Positions 1 to 13,550 of a stretch of DNA of 64,000 nt are shown piece after piece. Source of the stretch: Octopus sinensis (lineage: Eukaryota). The number at the start of each line of letters is the position of its first letter. Position 1 is the first letter of the stretch. Below the pieces are notes generated by a model that searched no databases, was not told the origin of the DNA, and saw only the letters and a program-made list of their open reading frames with translations. A program made the translations under genes and the position numbers. The stretch covers positions 66,526,001 to 66,590,000 of the forward strand of contig NC_042997.1 in assembly GCF_006345805.1 (NCBI RefSeq). The letters run 5' to 3'.

Positions 1-1160
1 TAGTTTCATATTTTTTTTTTATAATTAAGATCTGAGTTGTTAATATATGAATGTGAAAGAGATTGTTGAATAACTGTAAACCTACTTTTGGGCCACCCTG
101 TTTAACTATAAGGCAGTATTATACATAGTTGTATAACACTGTCATAATGTTGGCAAACACAACTATAACCTATGATATATGTTGGAATTGACTTCTATTG
201 TCGTAAGGTGCATGAATAATGATGTAAGATAAAATATGTATGTTTATAAGGCTCTACTATTGCTGTAAGACAGCAATATAATAATTCACAATTATAGCCT
301 GAAGAAACCACTATAATTTTGCAAGTGACAACTATATTCATAAGGAAGTGCTATGGGTGTAAGATTCTATTATAATGTGTCTGAGAACAAAATGCCAAGG
401 TTAAAGCCCATAAATGTTTGTGTTGGTGAACCAACATCATTAGCATTCATCCCTTTATCCCTTCTTCCAGCAAAGTAACACTAACTAGAGCAACGTGAAT
501 TCTCTGAAGAACACCTACGTGAATAATCTTTCTTAATTCCACTGTCTTCTGACGTCTTTTGTGCACGCATCACCGATTGGTCAATTTTAACCAATCAGTC
601 ACTTTACAGCAACATTAGACTTGGATAGTTGCCAGACAAAATATGAAGGAGACAATGGAAAGCAAACTGTCAGCTAGTAGAATAAAAACATTTATCAAAT
701 GAAACATCTTTCAAATATTGTTGACCTGCGTGATCTTGAAACACAATTATAATAATATCATAGGAAATATTTAAATATAATAAATATAGTAGGCTGAGGG
801 GAGAATTTCAGTTTATTTTATTCACTTTTGATGTTTTATTCATAGCTTTAACCCATTCAAGTTCAAAGCATTTAACATACTATCTACAAGACAAGAAAAT
901 CACTCATAAATAACTAGGTTTAAATTTATAATTATCTGATATACCATTGTATCTCTGCTGAATTTCATTGTTAAGAGTTGTTGATAGCAGGAACTACTAT
1001 TGAAATTCACGTTATTGTTGTTGTTTAACCATAGGTCAGTCCTTATCAAGCAATGGTAGGACAAGAAAAGCTACGATTATCCAAGCTTTTATTTATTTAT
1101 TTGTTTGCAGAAATATATCTAATATGTCTATGAATTTGTTTTGCAAGATTCATGATGTGA

Positions 1161-1234
1161 AACCATGTGTTTCCTCCTGTTCTGTTTGGTCCATTATCTT
1201 TTGGACTAAACAGAACCAGAAGAAACACATGGCT
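1161..1234. ncRNA. Candidate pre-miRNA-like hairpin
   Basis: 31-bp stem (1163-1193 with 1202-1232) and 8-nt loop. The minus-strand fold has 2 mismatches and 2 G.U pairs. No expression evidence. Confidence 0.4.
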
Positions 1235-2529
1235 GGAAGAATCACTGAAAAGGTCACAGATGTGTGACAAAAGATTTCCAGACAATGGACATAAGATCAA
1301 ATAAAAATAATAATAAATGAGTGAAGAATGAATATATAGTGCATGTGTTTATTTGGCAAGAAAAAAAAATGACCATCCCGAAATATAACAATATTTAATG
1401 TCCTTCCATTTTTAAAATAACCATTAAGATGCAATTTAGAGGAGATCTACCTACTTTTTCCAACATGTTAAGTGATCATGCTGAGACTTCCTGCTTGATT
1501 TGTTATTTTTGTAGTTGCAGTTGTTGCTACTTAGTTTCAGGTCAATATTACTCAAGCAGATCTGAGCTCAAATAAAGGCTTTCCAGCTGTGACCAATCCA
1601 TCTTTTTTTGTTTATAGAGTGTTTATCATTCACTGCTTCTTTACCTTATCTTAGGTATCATGGTGTAATAGGAGAACCATTTGATTGCTATTTATTTGTA
1701 GTAACTATTAAATATGCATATGCAGTGGTGTTGTCAGAAGGCTGCACCAGGCTCCAGTCTGATCTGGCAGTGTTTCTACAGCTGGATGCCCTTCCTAACG
1801 CCAGCCACTTTGTGAGTGTAGTGGGTGCTTTTTACGTGCCACCTGCACAGGTGCCAGGCGAGGCTGGCAACGACCATGGTCGGATTGGTGCATTTTACGT
1901 GCTAACGGCACGGAAGCCAGTCGAGGCGACGCTGGCATCGGCCACGATTCAGATAGCGCTTTTTATGTGCCACCGGCACGGAAGCAAAATAATAAATTAC
2001 GGAACACATTTTGATGGGTGGGGAGCAATGCTAGCACAGCAAACCCATCTGTTGTTATGGTAGTCAATGGAATCTTCCTGGAAAAGTGCTTTATCAAATT
2101 GATTCTAATGGTAGATGAAGTGTAGGTAAGATCCTCAACAATAGGGACAGCAATATTAGGGTCTGACAGAACCTTGCAGAAGTTTACTCAAAATATGATG
2201 CAATTTTGTTTACAATTGGTCCCATAGTCTCAGAGAAATATTGTGACAATGGACAAACTGAATTTTCTCTATACTGTACAATATAGGCTGTAATATTCTT
2301 CACCCTTAAGACAGCAAGCTGGCAGAATTATTAACATGTCAGACAAAATTCTTAGCAGCATGCTGTCTGTCTTCATGTTCAAATACTGCCGTGGTTGACT
2401 ATTTAGTCCTACCTTGAACCTTTACTCTTGGAGAAAGTTTTAAAAGAATTTTCCAACAGGGTCCACCATGACATATTTGGTTTTTTTCTATTCTTGCTTA
2501 AGTACCAATTGCTGAGCAATGACATCTAA

Positions 2530-3170
2530 GCCATTGAAGCGTGTAGTTGTCTGGTTTCCAAATTGGAGTTGTTGGATCATGAAGTTTAATATACATGAGA
2601 TTGCTGCCTTGATTTATTAACAGATCTCATTTCCATCATGATAAGGTTCATGGTACTAAAGCCTTGTTTGCACACATAAGGGCTGCATGGGATTACTTTT
2701 GAGTATTTGATTAAAGGTTGCTGGTTTGGCAGAATATGCTGCCTGTTGTTGCCTAGGTCTCTGTACCACTGATGAAAAGTTCATTTCCATTTCTCAACTT
2801 CTAAGACTCTTTTTTACTCTTGTATTCCTTCATTACTTCTAAAAATCATATACTGCAACAAATTAATTTCTTTGCATAAACTATAGTAATATCCCTTTCG
2901 TGTAAAGACTCAGAAAGAAGAGATAATTCAAATGAAACATCATACATAAGTGCCAGATCAAGGAGAAACTGCTTTGATGAAACACATGGGGCACTAGTTA
3001 ACTTTTGATTTTTATTGGTACTACTGCTAACATGCTCAAAATGATGACAATGATGCATAGTCATTCCAAACTACTGAAAGAGTTCTGAAGAAGCTTGAAA
3101 GCTATATAGCTTTTAGCATTTTTCCAACAATTTTCATCTTCTATTTACAAATGTTCTAAAATCTTTCACA
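2530..3170 (-). pseudogene. Decayed hAT-type transposase (KIAA1586/ZNF862-like), C-terminal half
   Basis: Broken-frame peptides SFFRTLSVVWNDYASL, QFLLDLALMYDVSFELSLLSESL, TMNLIM and WKPDNY. Confidence 0.65.
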
Positions 3171-3911
3171 TTCTTGGATTTTTATCTCATTCTGTTAGAA
3201 TTTTTAAAAATATATATTCACATATATATGTATATACACATGCATATATGGGTATAGGACGTCAAAAAATGAAATACAAAAACATGGAAAACGATCTTTC
3301 TTGCGAACAACAAAAGAAACAAATAGAAAAACAAGATAGGTAACATAAAGAACAATCCCTTCATCAGTTGTTCACTGTTTTATCTACTCCACGTTTTGAG
3401 CATTAGGACAAGATGTGTCTTCATCAAAACAGTTGCTCCTGCAAAGCAAATTAGATAAATTTGGGATTTGCGGAGATTTGGTAACAAAAACAGGACAGTG
3501 AAAATAAAAGGTAAGGGCTGTTAAGTCATAACAAGGTGAAGTGGTGAACACTGGAGAAACAAGCTTTTACAGGAGACAGACAAAAATGCGTATCATCCCT
3601 GTAGCTGAATGAGAAGAAAGAAATTTGAGTTAGAAGAAAGATGGCCGCTGGTTACATGTGAGCAACAAGAGAGTCAAGAAGGAAATATATATATATAAGG
3701 AGTAAATATTCAAATAAATATTTTTGTTATTATTATCAGTGGTAAATTTAAATAATTGATAATAATAACAACAAAAATATAGGTAGTAGCAAGTAATAAT
3801 AGCATTAAATAGCTAGAGAATAAAATTTATAATTATAATTACAATTAACCATAATTACAATAGAGGGCACATGAATCTACTCTATACCTAACTGAAGTCA
3901 CTATATGTGTA

Positions 3912-3946
<35 letters not shown>

Positions 3947-3951
<5 letters not shown>

Positions 3952-4762
3952 GTGTAATGTCAGTGTGAATGCACGACAGAGTGTAAGCACCCTGAGAGAA
4001 ATGCTGGACATAAGAAGCATCAGATGTGGTGTGCAAGAGCGACGCTTGCGATGGTATGGTCATGTACTGGGGATGGATGAGGAGAGATGTGTGAAGAAGT
4101 GCCGCTCCCAAACAGTTGAAGGAATCATGGGGAAGAGGTAGACCCAGGAAGACATGGGATGAGGTAGTCAAGCATGACCTCAGAGCGTTGGACCTCACTG
4201 AGGCAATGGCAAAGGACCGAGATCTCTGGAGATGTGCTGTGACTGCAAAGACCCGGGATGCTTCCGGCACTAGTTCCGCATAGCCCCTGCCCATTCAAAG
4301 TACTTTGGATCCCAGAACATCTCGCTGTGCTTGGGGAGACCTGTTGAGTCAAGTGCATGTACATGAACATCGAAACAAATATCAATGGAAATAGTAGTTG
4401 TGATACCTGTGCCGGTGGCACATAAAAAGCACCATCCGAACGTGGCCGTTGCCAGCTCCGCCTCGACTGGCTTCTGTGCCAGTGGCACATAAAAAGCACC
4501 ATCCGAACGTGGCTGATGCCAGCGCCGCCTTGGCTGGCTTCCGTACCGGTGGCACGTTAAAAGCACCAACCGATCGTGGTCGATGCCAGACCCCCCTGGC
4601 ACCCACTACACTCGCGGAGTGGTTGGCGTTAGGAAGGGCATCCAGCTGTAGAAACACTGCCAGATCAGACTGGAGCCTGGTGCAGCCCCTGGCTTCCCAG
4701 ACCCCGGTCGAACCGTCCAACCCGTGCTAGCGCGGAAAACAGACGTTAAATGATGATGATGA

Positions 4763-4765
<3 letters not shown>
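3947..4765 (+). mobile_element. RTE-clade LINE 3' fragment with repetitive 3' UTR and (TGA)n tail
   Basis: Frameshifted RTE C-terminus (RRLRWYGHV...GRPRKTWDEVVKHDL...DRDLWR). Internal repeats of gccggtggcacataaaaagcaccatccgaacgtggc. (TA)n on both sides. Confidence 0.88.
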
Positions 4766-4813
<48 letters not shown>

Positions 4814-4910
4814 ACGGGAAGGTTTACGAAAATAAACAAAGGAGGAAGGCAGGTGGAGTACAAACAAACAAATGTATTAGTATGGCGCTCAGGAATAGAA
4901 ATAGAACAAG

Positions 4911-4948
4911 TCTTTTACGTTTCGAGCCTACGCTCTTCAACAGAAAGA
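4911..4948 (-). ncRNA. Minimal type I hammerhead-like motif with A6U core variant
   Basis: Minus strand: TCTTT-CTGTTGA-A-GAGC(GTAG)GCTC-GAAACGTA^AAAGA. Confidence 0.55.
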
Positions 4949-5045
4949 TACACAGAAAAGAAACAAGGAGAGAAAAAAATGCGTCTAGGAGCTAACGGTC
5001 TATCATGACGTTCTCAGTTTGCAATTTACAACCAAAAGGCAACAA

Positions 5046-5707
5046 ATATAGTTGTCACTAAAGTGATGGATGGTACTAGTGATCACTGGCATTGCTACAA
5101 ATAAGCGTCAAAACAACTCTTAGCCACATGAGAGCACTTTTCTAATGACTGACAAGAGAGACAAGCTCCCTATGGCAAGCAAGATGAAGTCGTATCAACA
5201 CTGATTTCAGATTTAATTAACCTTCATCGGTGAACCATTACTCCATCACTGAGGGCTAAAAATCTTAACTCATTTTATCCATCTCATACATGGTGAAGTG
5301 AGAATTATAAATTATTAAGGTGGTTATTTACAATTTACAACAGAAAGGCAACAAGTATAGTCATCACTAATGCGATGGAGGGTGCTAGTCAGCACAGCCA
5401 CCTTGATAATTTATAATTCACACTTTACCATTTCCGGAATCAGTCAATGTTTCCTTGGGATTCTCTATAAGACTGACAAGGCAAGTTAATTTCTTTAACC
5501 CTCAGCAATGGAGTAACGGTTACTAATGAAGGGTAATTAAATCTGAGATGACCAATGATATGACTTTATCTCATTTGCCGTAGGGAGCTTGTCTCTCTTG
5601 TCAGTCATTAGAAAAGTGCTCTCATGTGGCTAAGAGTTGTTTTGACTCTTATTTCTAGCAATACAGGTGCTGGCCAGCACCACCCATCACTTTAGTGATG
5701 ACTATAT
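5046..5707. mobile_element. Inverted pair of hammerhead-bearing repeat units (Penelope pLTR- or retrozyme-like)
   Basis: Arms about 5046-5260 and 5484-5707; 5107-5172 is the exact reverse complement of 5581-5646. Each arm carries a decayed hammerhead core. Homologous sequence at 19100-19400. Confidence 0.7.
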
Positions 5708-8700
5708 GTGTATGTGTGTGTTATCTTTCATCTTTTACTTGTTTCAGTCATTAAACTGTAGCCATGCTAAAGTACCATTTTGAAAAATTTTTAGTCTGAT
5801 AAATCAACCCCAGTACTTACTTTTTTTATACCTGATACTTATTCTATAAGTGTCTTTTGTTGAACTGCTAGGTTATGGTGATGAAACACACCAACACCAG
5901 TTATCAAGCAGTGGTGGGACACAAAGGCACAGATATATATACATATATATGATGAGCTTCTTTCAGTTTCCATCTACCAAATCCACTCACAGGGCTTTTG
6001 GGTTAACCTGAGGCTATAAGTGAAGACACTTGCCCAAATGCCACACAGAAGGACTGAATCTAGAACCATGTGGTTGGGAAGCAAACTTCTTACCTCACAG
6101 CTAATATATATATATTCAGTCAGCACATCCTTCTCCTTTGTTGAAACAATCACTTTCATTAAGCGTGTGTATGGGGGAGGAGTCTTTGATATTGAACATA
6201 TATTTTTGCATGTGCAAGTGTGAGCGAGTGGGCTTGAGTGAGTGAGAGTGATGAAAATGTCATTTTCATATACAGATGCTATATCTTCGTACATTTATAG
6301 CACTATGGAACATGATTTTGTCCTTGGGTAGTAATTGTTTTTCTCCTATTTGCTTACCTCTAGAAAGTTTGGAAAAGGACTAATATTTCCTTCAAACTGC
6401 TTTTGTTACATTTATTGAAACCCCAAAGAATCCGTCTCAACATATGGCTATAATGCTCCCCCACTACTCCTGCTCATGATCAGCAATGTACATATTGTCA
6501 GTCACTAAGTGACATGTTCAAGTGACATGGTCAAGCAACTGATGAACAAATCTGTGGTATTAAGCAGAATATTTGCTATAATGATATTTCTGCTTCAGCA
6601 ACTCAGCCCTGAATCTCTGTGAAATGGAATGGAAAATAGGCCAGTTTCAAAACATTGATGTCCAGGTTACAAAAGCAAAGTTTGAAGAGAATAGAAGTAA
6701 TTTCCTTTAATTTCTAGAGAGAAACAAATAGGAAATAAAATATATAAATTTTGTTACACAGTGTAATTTATCTATTCGGTCATCGCTTGACTGGAAAACA
6801 TTGAGAAAATCAAAGAGTATAAATACTAAAAGGTCATCACCTAAATTAAAAACATGAATAAAAGTAAAAAGATAAGAATATTGAAAACTGAACCGCAAGA
6901 ACAGTATCAGCAACAATAAAAATAGGATTCTTAATTTTTGTTTTTAAATTGAATCACAGATTTTGGGGAACCTCAACAGTTCAGATGAAGCAAAAAAGAG
7001 TCAGAACAGTTAATGAGACTTGTATTTCTTTTAGGGGTGGAAATTTTCAATTCTTTAGACAATTTTAAATTTGAATTTACTTAAAATAGTGAGGGAATGC
7101 TATTCCTTATCTCTCCAAAAAAGTAAGGGGACACTTGTTACTGAGATGTTTTTATGAGTATACTCTTATTTGTTGTAAGCTGGGCTGCATTAAGCATACA
7201 GAACAAACATGAACATAACTGGTTTCAAATATTAGCACAAGGCCAGAAATTTTGGGTAAGGTTTATGTTGGTTACATTGACCCCAGAGCTCAACTGGAAC
7301 TTATTTTATCAACCTTGAAAAGACAAAAGTAAAGTTGACCTCAGGAGAATTTGAACATAAGGACAGATGAAATGTTGCATAGCATTTTGCTTGGCATGCT
7401 AATGACTCTGCCAGCTTGCCACCTTAGTATAATATTATATAATAATATATTATATTTATTGTACATAATTACATAAATTCCTAATGGTTGCTGGTGGTAA
7501 TGTAGCAAAATTAGAAACCAAGCTTCATGTAACAAATTTATAATCATCGTCAGCTGGCATAGGTTGGATGGTTTGCCTGAAAACTGGTAAATTGGAGAGC
7601 TGCACCAAGTTCCGATCTGATTTGGCAAGGTTTCTACAGCTGGATGCCCTTCCTAATGCCAATCACTCCAAGAGTGTGGCGGGTGTTTTTTTTGTGCCAC
7701 CAGCATTCATGCCATTGACACCAGCATCAGCTTCAACTATGGTCTCACTTGGCTTAACAGGTCTACACAAGCATGGTATATTGCCAAAGGTCTTGGTCAC
7801 CTGTCACTACCTCCATGAGGCCCAACACTTGAATGGTGTTTTTTACGTGTCACTGGCACAGGTTACAGTCAGACAGCACTGGCATCAGCCATGACTACAA
7901 TTTCACTTGGCTGAACAGATCTTCAAAAGCACAGTATTTTGCCCAATGACTGAAGGCTGCTTTTAACAGGCCAGTTACGTTACACTGACATCAGCGACAA
8001 CTATGATTTCACTTAGCTTGACAGGTCTTCTCAAGCATGACATATCACGAAAGACCCCAGTCACTTGGCATTACCTCTGTGAGGCCCAACATTCAAAGAT
8101 CATGCTTCACCACCGCATCTCATGTCTTCCTGAGTCTACCTTTTCCACAAGTTCCCTCCATTGTTAAGTGTGACACTTCTTCACACAGCTGTTCTCAAGG
8201 ATTTGCATATGGATGAAATTTATATAATAATGATTAGTAATACTCAAGAAGCTGGAAAGTGCTGGTCTGAGACTATGAAGAAGAATTCCTTTCATTTCTA
8301 ACTGGATTCAACAAAAGAAAACTGAGTATTACTTGGCAAAAGATGAGAATGTGTGTTCTCCATAACTCTTTCTCTCTCAACCTCTGCAGTTGTTCTTGGC
8401 GTAAATTTACTTTAATACTAAAAACATCAAGTTTCAAAAACATTTGAAATGATGTTCACGATATGGCATGATATTGCTGCAAGTTTACTGGTTGATAATT
8501 CAGACAGACTGCATGTAGTTTGGACCTGACAACTGAGAATTTGTCATTCAATTCTAGGTCTCACTATACACTGTTTCCATGTACCCCCACAGAACAATGC
8601 TACTGTGTACATGAGAGTGTGTGTGTATAAGAATTATAAAATATCTTGTATGCATAGATACTATTAATTACTCAACACAGTAGAGTGGCAAGCTGACAGA

Positions 8701-11199
8701 CTCATTACTGACCTGGGTAAAATGCTTAACAGCATTTCATCTATTTTTACATTTTGAGTTCAAATTCTGCAAAGGTTGATTTTGCCTTTCATCCTTTCAG
8801 GGTTGATAAAATAAGTACTAGTTGAGCACTGGGCTCAATGTAATCAACTTATTCGTTCCTCCAAAATTGCTGGCCTTGTGCCAAAATTTGAAACCAATTA
8901 CTTAACATGATAGATGCATGTATTTGAATTCATTTTTAAACAGTTGTATTCACAAATGTACACAATAACATTTTAAGGATGGAATACAAAGTTGAATTCT
9001 TCAGGATTTGAACTCAGAACATTAAAAGCTAGAAGAAATATCACAAAGCATTTTGTCTGATACTTTAAGAATTCTGTTCTGTTTTAATAATCAGCACTAA
9101 CATGGGCCTGTAATTTGGAATTGGGGTTAATCAATCAAATCAAATCCAGATCATGACTGGTGCTTTATTTTATTGTCCTCAAAATGATGAAAGACAGTAT
9201 TGACCTTAACAGAATTTGAACTCAGAATATAGAATGATGCAAATAAACATCAAAAAGCATTTTATCTGATACTTTAACAATTCTGCCTTCCTAAAAATCA
9301 TTTACTAATTACTAGACTTCAATTATTATCATATCTCAGTCAAAAGTTAAAGCTTAGAGAAAACTTTTTGTTAAATTCAATAACTGACAATATATTTTTT
9401 TTTATGAAATAATAACAACAACAATAATCCTTTCTACTATAAGCACAAGGCTTGAAATTAGGGAAGGGGGGGGCTAGTTGATTTCATCGACCCCAGTGCA
9501 TAACTGGTACTTATTTAATCGACTCCAAAAGGATGAAAGACAAAGTTGACCCTAGCAGAATTTGAACTCAGAACATAGTGGCAGACAAAATACCTATTTC
9601 TTTACTACCCACAAGGGGCCAAACACAGAGAGGACAAACAAGGACAGACACACGGATTAAGTCGATTACATCGACCCCAATGCGTAACTGGTACTTAATT
9701 TATCGACCCCGAAAGGATGAAAGACAAAGTCGACCTCGGCGGAATTTGAACTCAGAACGTAACGGCAGACAAAATACCACTAAGTGTTTCATCTGGCATG
9801 CTAACAATTATGCCAGCTCGCCACCTAATAATAATAATAATAATGGTTTTAAATTTTGGCACAAAGCCAACAATTTCAGGAGAAGGGTTAAGTCAATTAC
9901 ATCGACTCCAGTGCTCAACTGGTTCTTATTTTATTGACCCCGCACTCAAAAGGATGAAAAGCAAAATTGACCTCAGTAGAATTTGATGCAGGGTTAAGCT
10001 TTTTTTAACATGGTTCTATATCTATAATCCTGTATATATTCTTTTATGAAATTGTCAATAACTGACAATATATTCTTTTATAAAAGCCCAGCATTAATTT
10101 GAGATTTTCATAAAAACATTTGCACTGCACCATGATTCTTTATTTGTCATCATAATCATCAATCCACTTTTCTATGCTTGTGTAGGTCAAATGGAATTTT
10201 TTGTGGCAGATTTTCTACAGGTGGGTGCTTTCTCTGTCACCTGCCCTTACCTGTTTCCAAGCAAGATAATATATATCCATAGCTGGACATGTTTTCGTGG
10301 AAGATTGAAAATGGTCTTCTCTTTTGTAACAGTGATGCTTATCTACAACTTTTGTATAAAATCAAAAGAGAAAAACACACACACACATTTTCACCCATAC
10401 ATAACATACAATTAGCTTCTTTCAATTTCTGTTTATCAAATCTACTCATGGATTATTGTAGAAGACACTTGCCCAAGGTACCATACTTTGGGACTGAACC
10501 CAAAACTACATGGTTTGGAAGCAAACTTCTGAACTTCTCTGCCATAACTGTGCATTTATTTTGTATAGTAAATATAAGTACTTTTGTTTTTTTAACCATT
10601 GCCTTCAAATATAACAAAACATAATTAAACCTTACACATAACACACATAGATTACATAATGATTACAGGCGTGGCTGTGTAGTAAGAAGCTTGCTTCCCA
10701 ACCACGTGGTTCTGGGTTCGGTCCCACTGCATGGCACCTTGGGCAAGTGTCTTCGACTATAGCCTTAGGCCAACCAAAGCTCAGACTGATGTAATGGTAA
10801 TTAAAAATGTATCAAAATAAAAAGCAATTTGTATCATACTTGAAGCAGACACATCATTGAACATCATATAAACTGCAGTGTTCGACTCAAGAAAGCATCT
10901 CTTATAGACATATTGTGTTATAAAACACTGAAATATATCAACAGCAGATGAAAATTATCTAACAATGAGGGTGGCATTGCTAAACACGTATTTCTGTCTC
11001 TTTGAGCTTTGTTAGTCACAAGTCTCCACAGTAGCAAGCAACTGGTACTTCATTGGTTATGACAACAGGGGTTTCAGTTGATCCAATCAACAGAACAGTC
11101 TGCTAGAGAAATTAAAGTGCAAGTGACTGAGCATTCCACAGTTAAATTAAATTGGGTTTAATGTATTTTAATTAGATTTAATATATCTAAGATTACAAG

Positions 11200-11625
11200 G
11201 TGGTGAGCTGGCAGAAACGTTAGCACGCCGGGCGAAATGCTTAGCGGTATTTCATTTGCCGTTACATTCTGAGTTCAAATTCTGCCAAGGTCGACTTTGC
11301 CTTTCATCCTTTCAGGGTCGATAAATTAAGTACCAGTTATGTACTGGGGTCAATGTAATCGACTTAATCTCTTTGTCTGTCCTTGTTTTTCCCCTCTATG
11401 TTTAGCCCCTTGTGGGCAATAAAGAAATAAGAAACGTTAGCACACCGGGTGAAATTCTTAGCAGTATTTCGTCTGTCTTTAGGTTTTGAGTTCAAATTCT
11501 GCCAAGGTCAACTTTGCCTTTCATCCTTTCAGGGTCGATAAATTAAGTTCCAGTTGCATACTGGGGTTGATCTAATCAACTGGACCACCTCCCCAAGAAT
11601 TTTGGGCCTTGTGCCTAGAGTAGAA
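11200..11625 (+). mobile_element. tRNA-derived SINE family B, two tandem copies. Other copies at about 7225-7420(-), 8680-8900(+), 9430-9830(-, two), 18690-19087(-, two), 35480-35640(-), 53325-53430(-), 54620-54872(-), 55490-55640(-), 59850-60030(-), 62620-62740(+)
   Basis: Head GGTGGTGAGCTGGCAGAA, B-box GAGTTCAAATTC, conserved core gtcgactttgcctttcatcctttc.gggtcgataaa.taagtaccag (from memory similar to the Meta-SINE domain). Confidence 0.85.
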
Positions 11626-12369
11626 AAGAATATATCTAAGGTTACATACAGTGGTGAGCCATACATTGTGATATTCAAAACTGCAGTGTTTAGTGTCCTG
11701 AAAATATATTCACAGCATTACAAAGCTGTTCAAGGAGACAAAATCTTTTTCAGTAACAGAAAATAGCAATTATTTATAGATTAACTATAAATGATTTTCT
11801 TGGTTTTGAATATTATGCAACTAAACAAGAACATAATATTTTTTTTTTAGAGAAATCAGTAAACAAGAAGGCTTTAAAATATTTTTCTAAATCCCAAAAA
11901 AGAATTTAAAAAAAAACGATGTAAATATGATACATACAGTGATTATTGATCAAAATATTATAAAAACTGCTATCTACAAAATAAGGTTGGAACTTGGCAA
12001 CTTTGAATCAAAATTAATATATAAAAGATAACATGCTATTATTGAATGGAGGAATATTGAATGAGTCTTAAAAAGATAGTGTGATATTCTGGCGTTTTTC
12101 TGATTCTGGAGTGCAAATGAAAAGAACTGTATTATATAATTAATGATAAAAGTAACATTTATGTACTGAGTGCTGTGTAGATTTTCCTCGGTTGAGACTG
12201 CAGAGGAAGTTCTTTCATCTTTCTGTGATAAAAATTCATAAAAATCACTAAATAAAACAAGTCAGATACAAAAGGAAAAAAAAATTTGCTACATCAATTT
12301 TCAGGGGAGGTGGGGTCCGACAATAGAAGAGCTCCTATGGAGTAAAATCTACAAATGTTTTAGGTCTGG

Positions 12370-13499
12370 TATGAATTTATCTATCACTTTTTGAATGACT
12401 TCATGGTTGTTCTCAAAAAACATTGCTCAATTTGTTCAGTTTAGATAAATGTTTATTTGCCATTGTTGGCCTTAACCAGGTTTTTACCCTTCTCATAGTA
12501 CTGAAAAACCTATTCTGCAGATTAGTACAGGTAAATATTAGAGCTTTAGAAATAGACCATTCTACAAAAGGAAAGAAATTGTTTGAGAAAAGCCTGAAAT
12601 TCACATCTATTACCATATTTTTTTTCTTTTCTGACTTAATTTCAAACCAAGAGACTGCTTCAGCTTCCAAGTTTTGAATTTCATTTAGTTTAATGGTCTT
12701 TACAATCTGTTTTATGAATTTTTCCTTCGAAAGCTTTGCCGGCCAGTTGTAGTGGATGAAGTGAATTAAGGCTAATTTTTCTTTTCTGCTTTTTTTTTTA
12801 GCTGCAAACAAGAATTCCAATGATATAACAAACTTTTCTAAAGCTAGGTGCCCTCTCTATCACCAATCCTCTCCTGTTCCAAGCAAAGTAATACTTCTCC
12901 ATGGCTGAACATGTTTTCATGGAAGAATGGAAACATAGGATTCCATTCTTCTGTGACCGGTACATAGGTTATCATCATCATTATCATTTAACATCCGTCT
13001 TCCATACTGGCATGGGTTAAAGGGTTTGACAGGAGCTAGTAAGCTAAAAGGACTGCATTAAGCACCACTGTCTACTTTGGCATGGTTTTTACAGCTGGAT
13101 GACATCCCTAACACTGACTACTTTACAGAGTGGATTGGGTGCTTTTTACGTGGCACCTTTCTATCACCAACCCTCACCTGGCATGGCACCAATATTTTTT
13201 TATAGTTGAGCCACTGGTATTGCAATGAAATTTCTATCAGTCATGCTACTTGGAAACTTTTCTACCAATTTCTTTTTATTTCTTTTACTTGTTTCAGTCA
13301 TATGACTGTAGCCATGCTGGAGCATCACCTCAATATGTTTTAGTTACAGAAATTTACCCCAGGACTTATTCTTTGTAAGCCTAGTACTTATTCTATTGGT
13401 CTCTTTAACTTGTTAAGTTACAGGGACATAAACACACCAGCACCGGTTGTCAAGTGATGGCAGGGAGGAGGGACAAACAAACACAGCACACACACTCAA

Positions 13500-13550
<51 letters not shown>

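Noticed and set aside
500-535. CTGAAGA...GAAT hammerhead-like string
   Set aside because: The GAAA core is broken and the stems are weak.
1608-2063. 151-aa ORF and similar '[15 protein letters not shown]' ORFs (4125-4730, 7568-7894, 15321-15744, 27543-27878)
   Set aside because: Chance frames through the repetitive RTE-type 3' UTR, recurring in every copy.
3340-3410. CTGATGA on the minus strand with a GAAA-like segment upstream; a similar split arrangement at about 58810-58860 (CTGAAGA)
   Set aside because: Could not close stems II and III convincingly and the GAAA is mutated or truncated. Probably Penelope remnants, not called as ribozymes.
10668-10745. tRNA-like sequences with A/B boxes (also about 19566-19640)
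   Set aside because: They continue into SINE bodies and lack a complete cloverleaf, so they are SINE heads, not tRNA genes.
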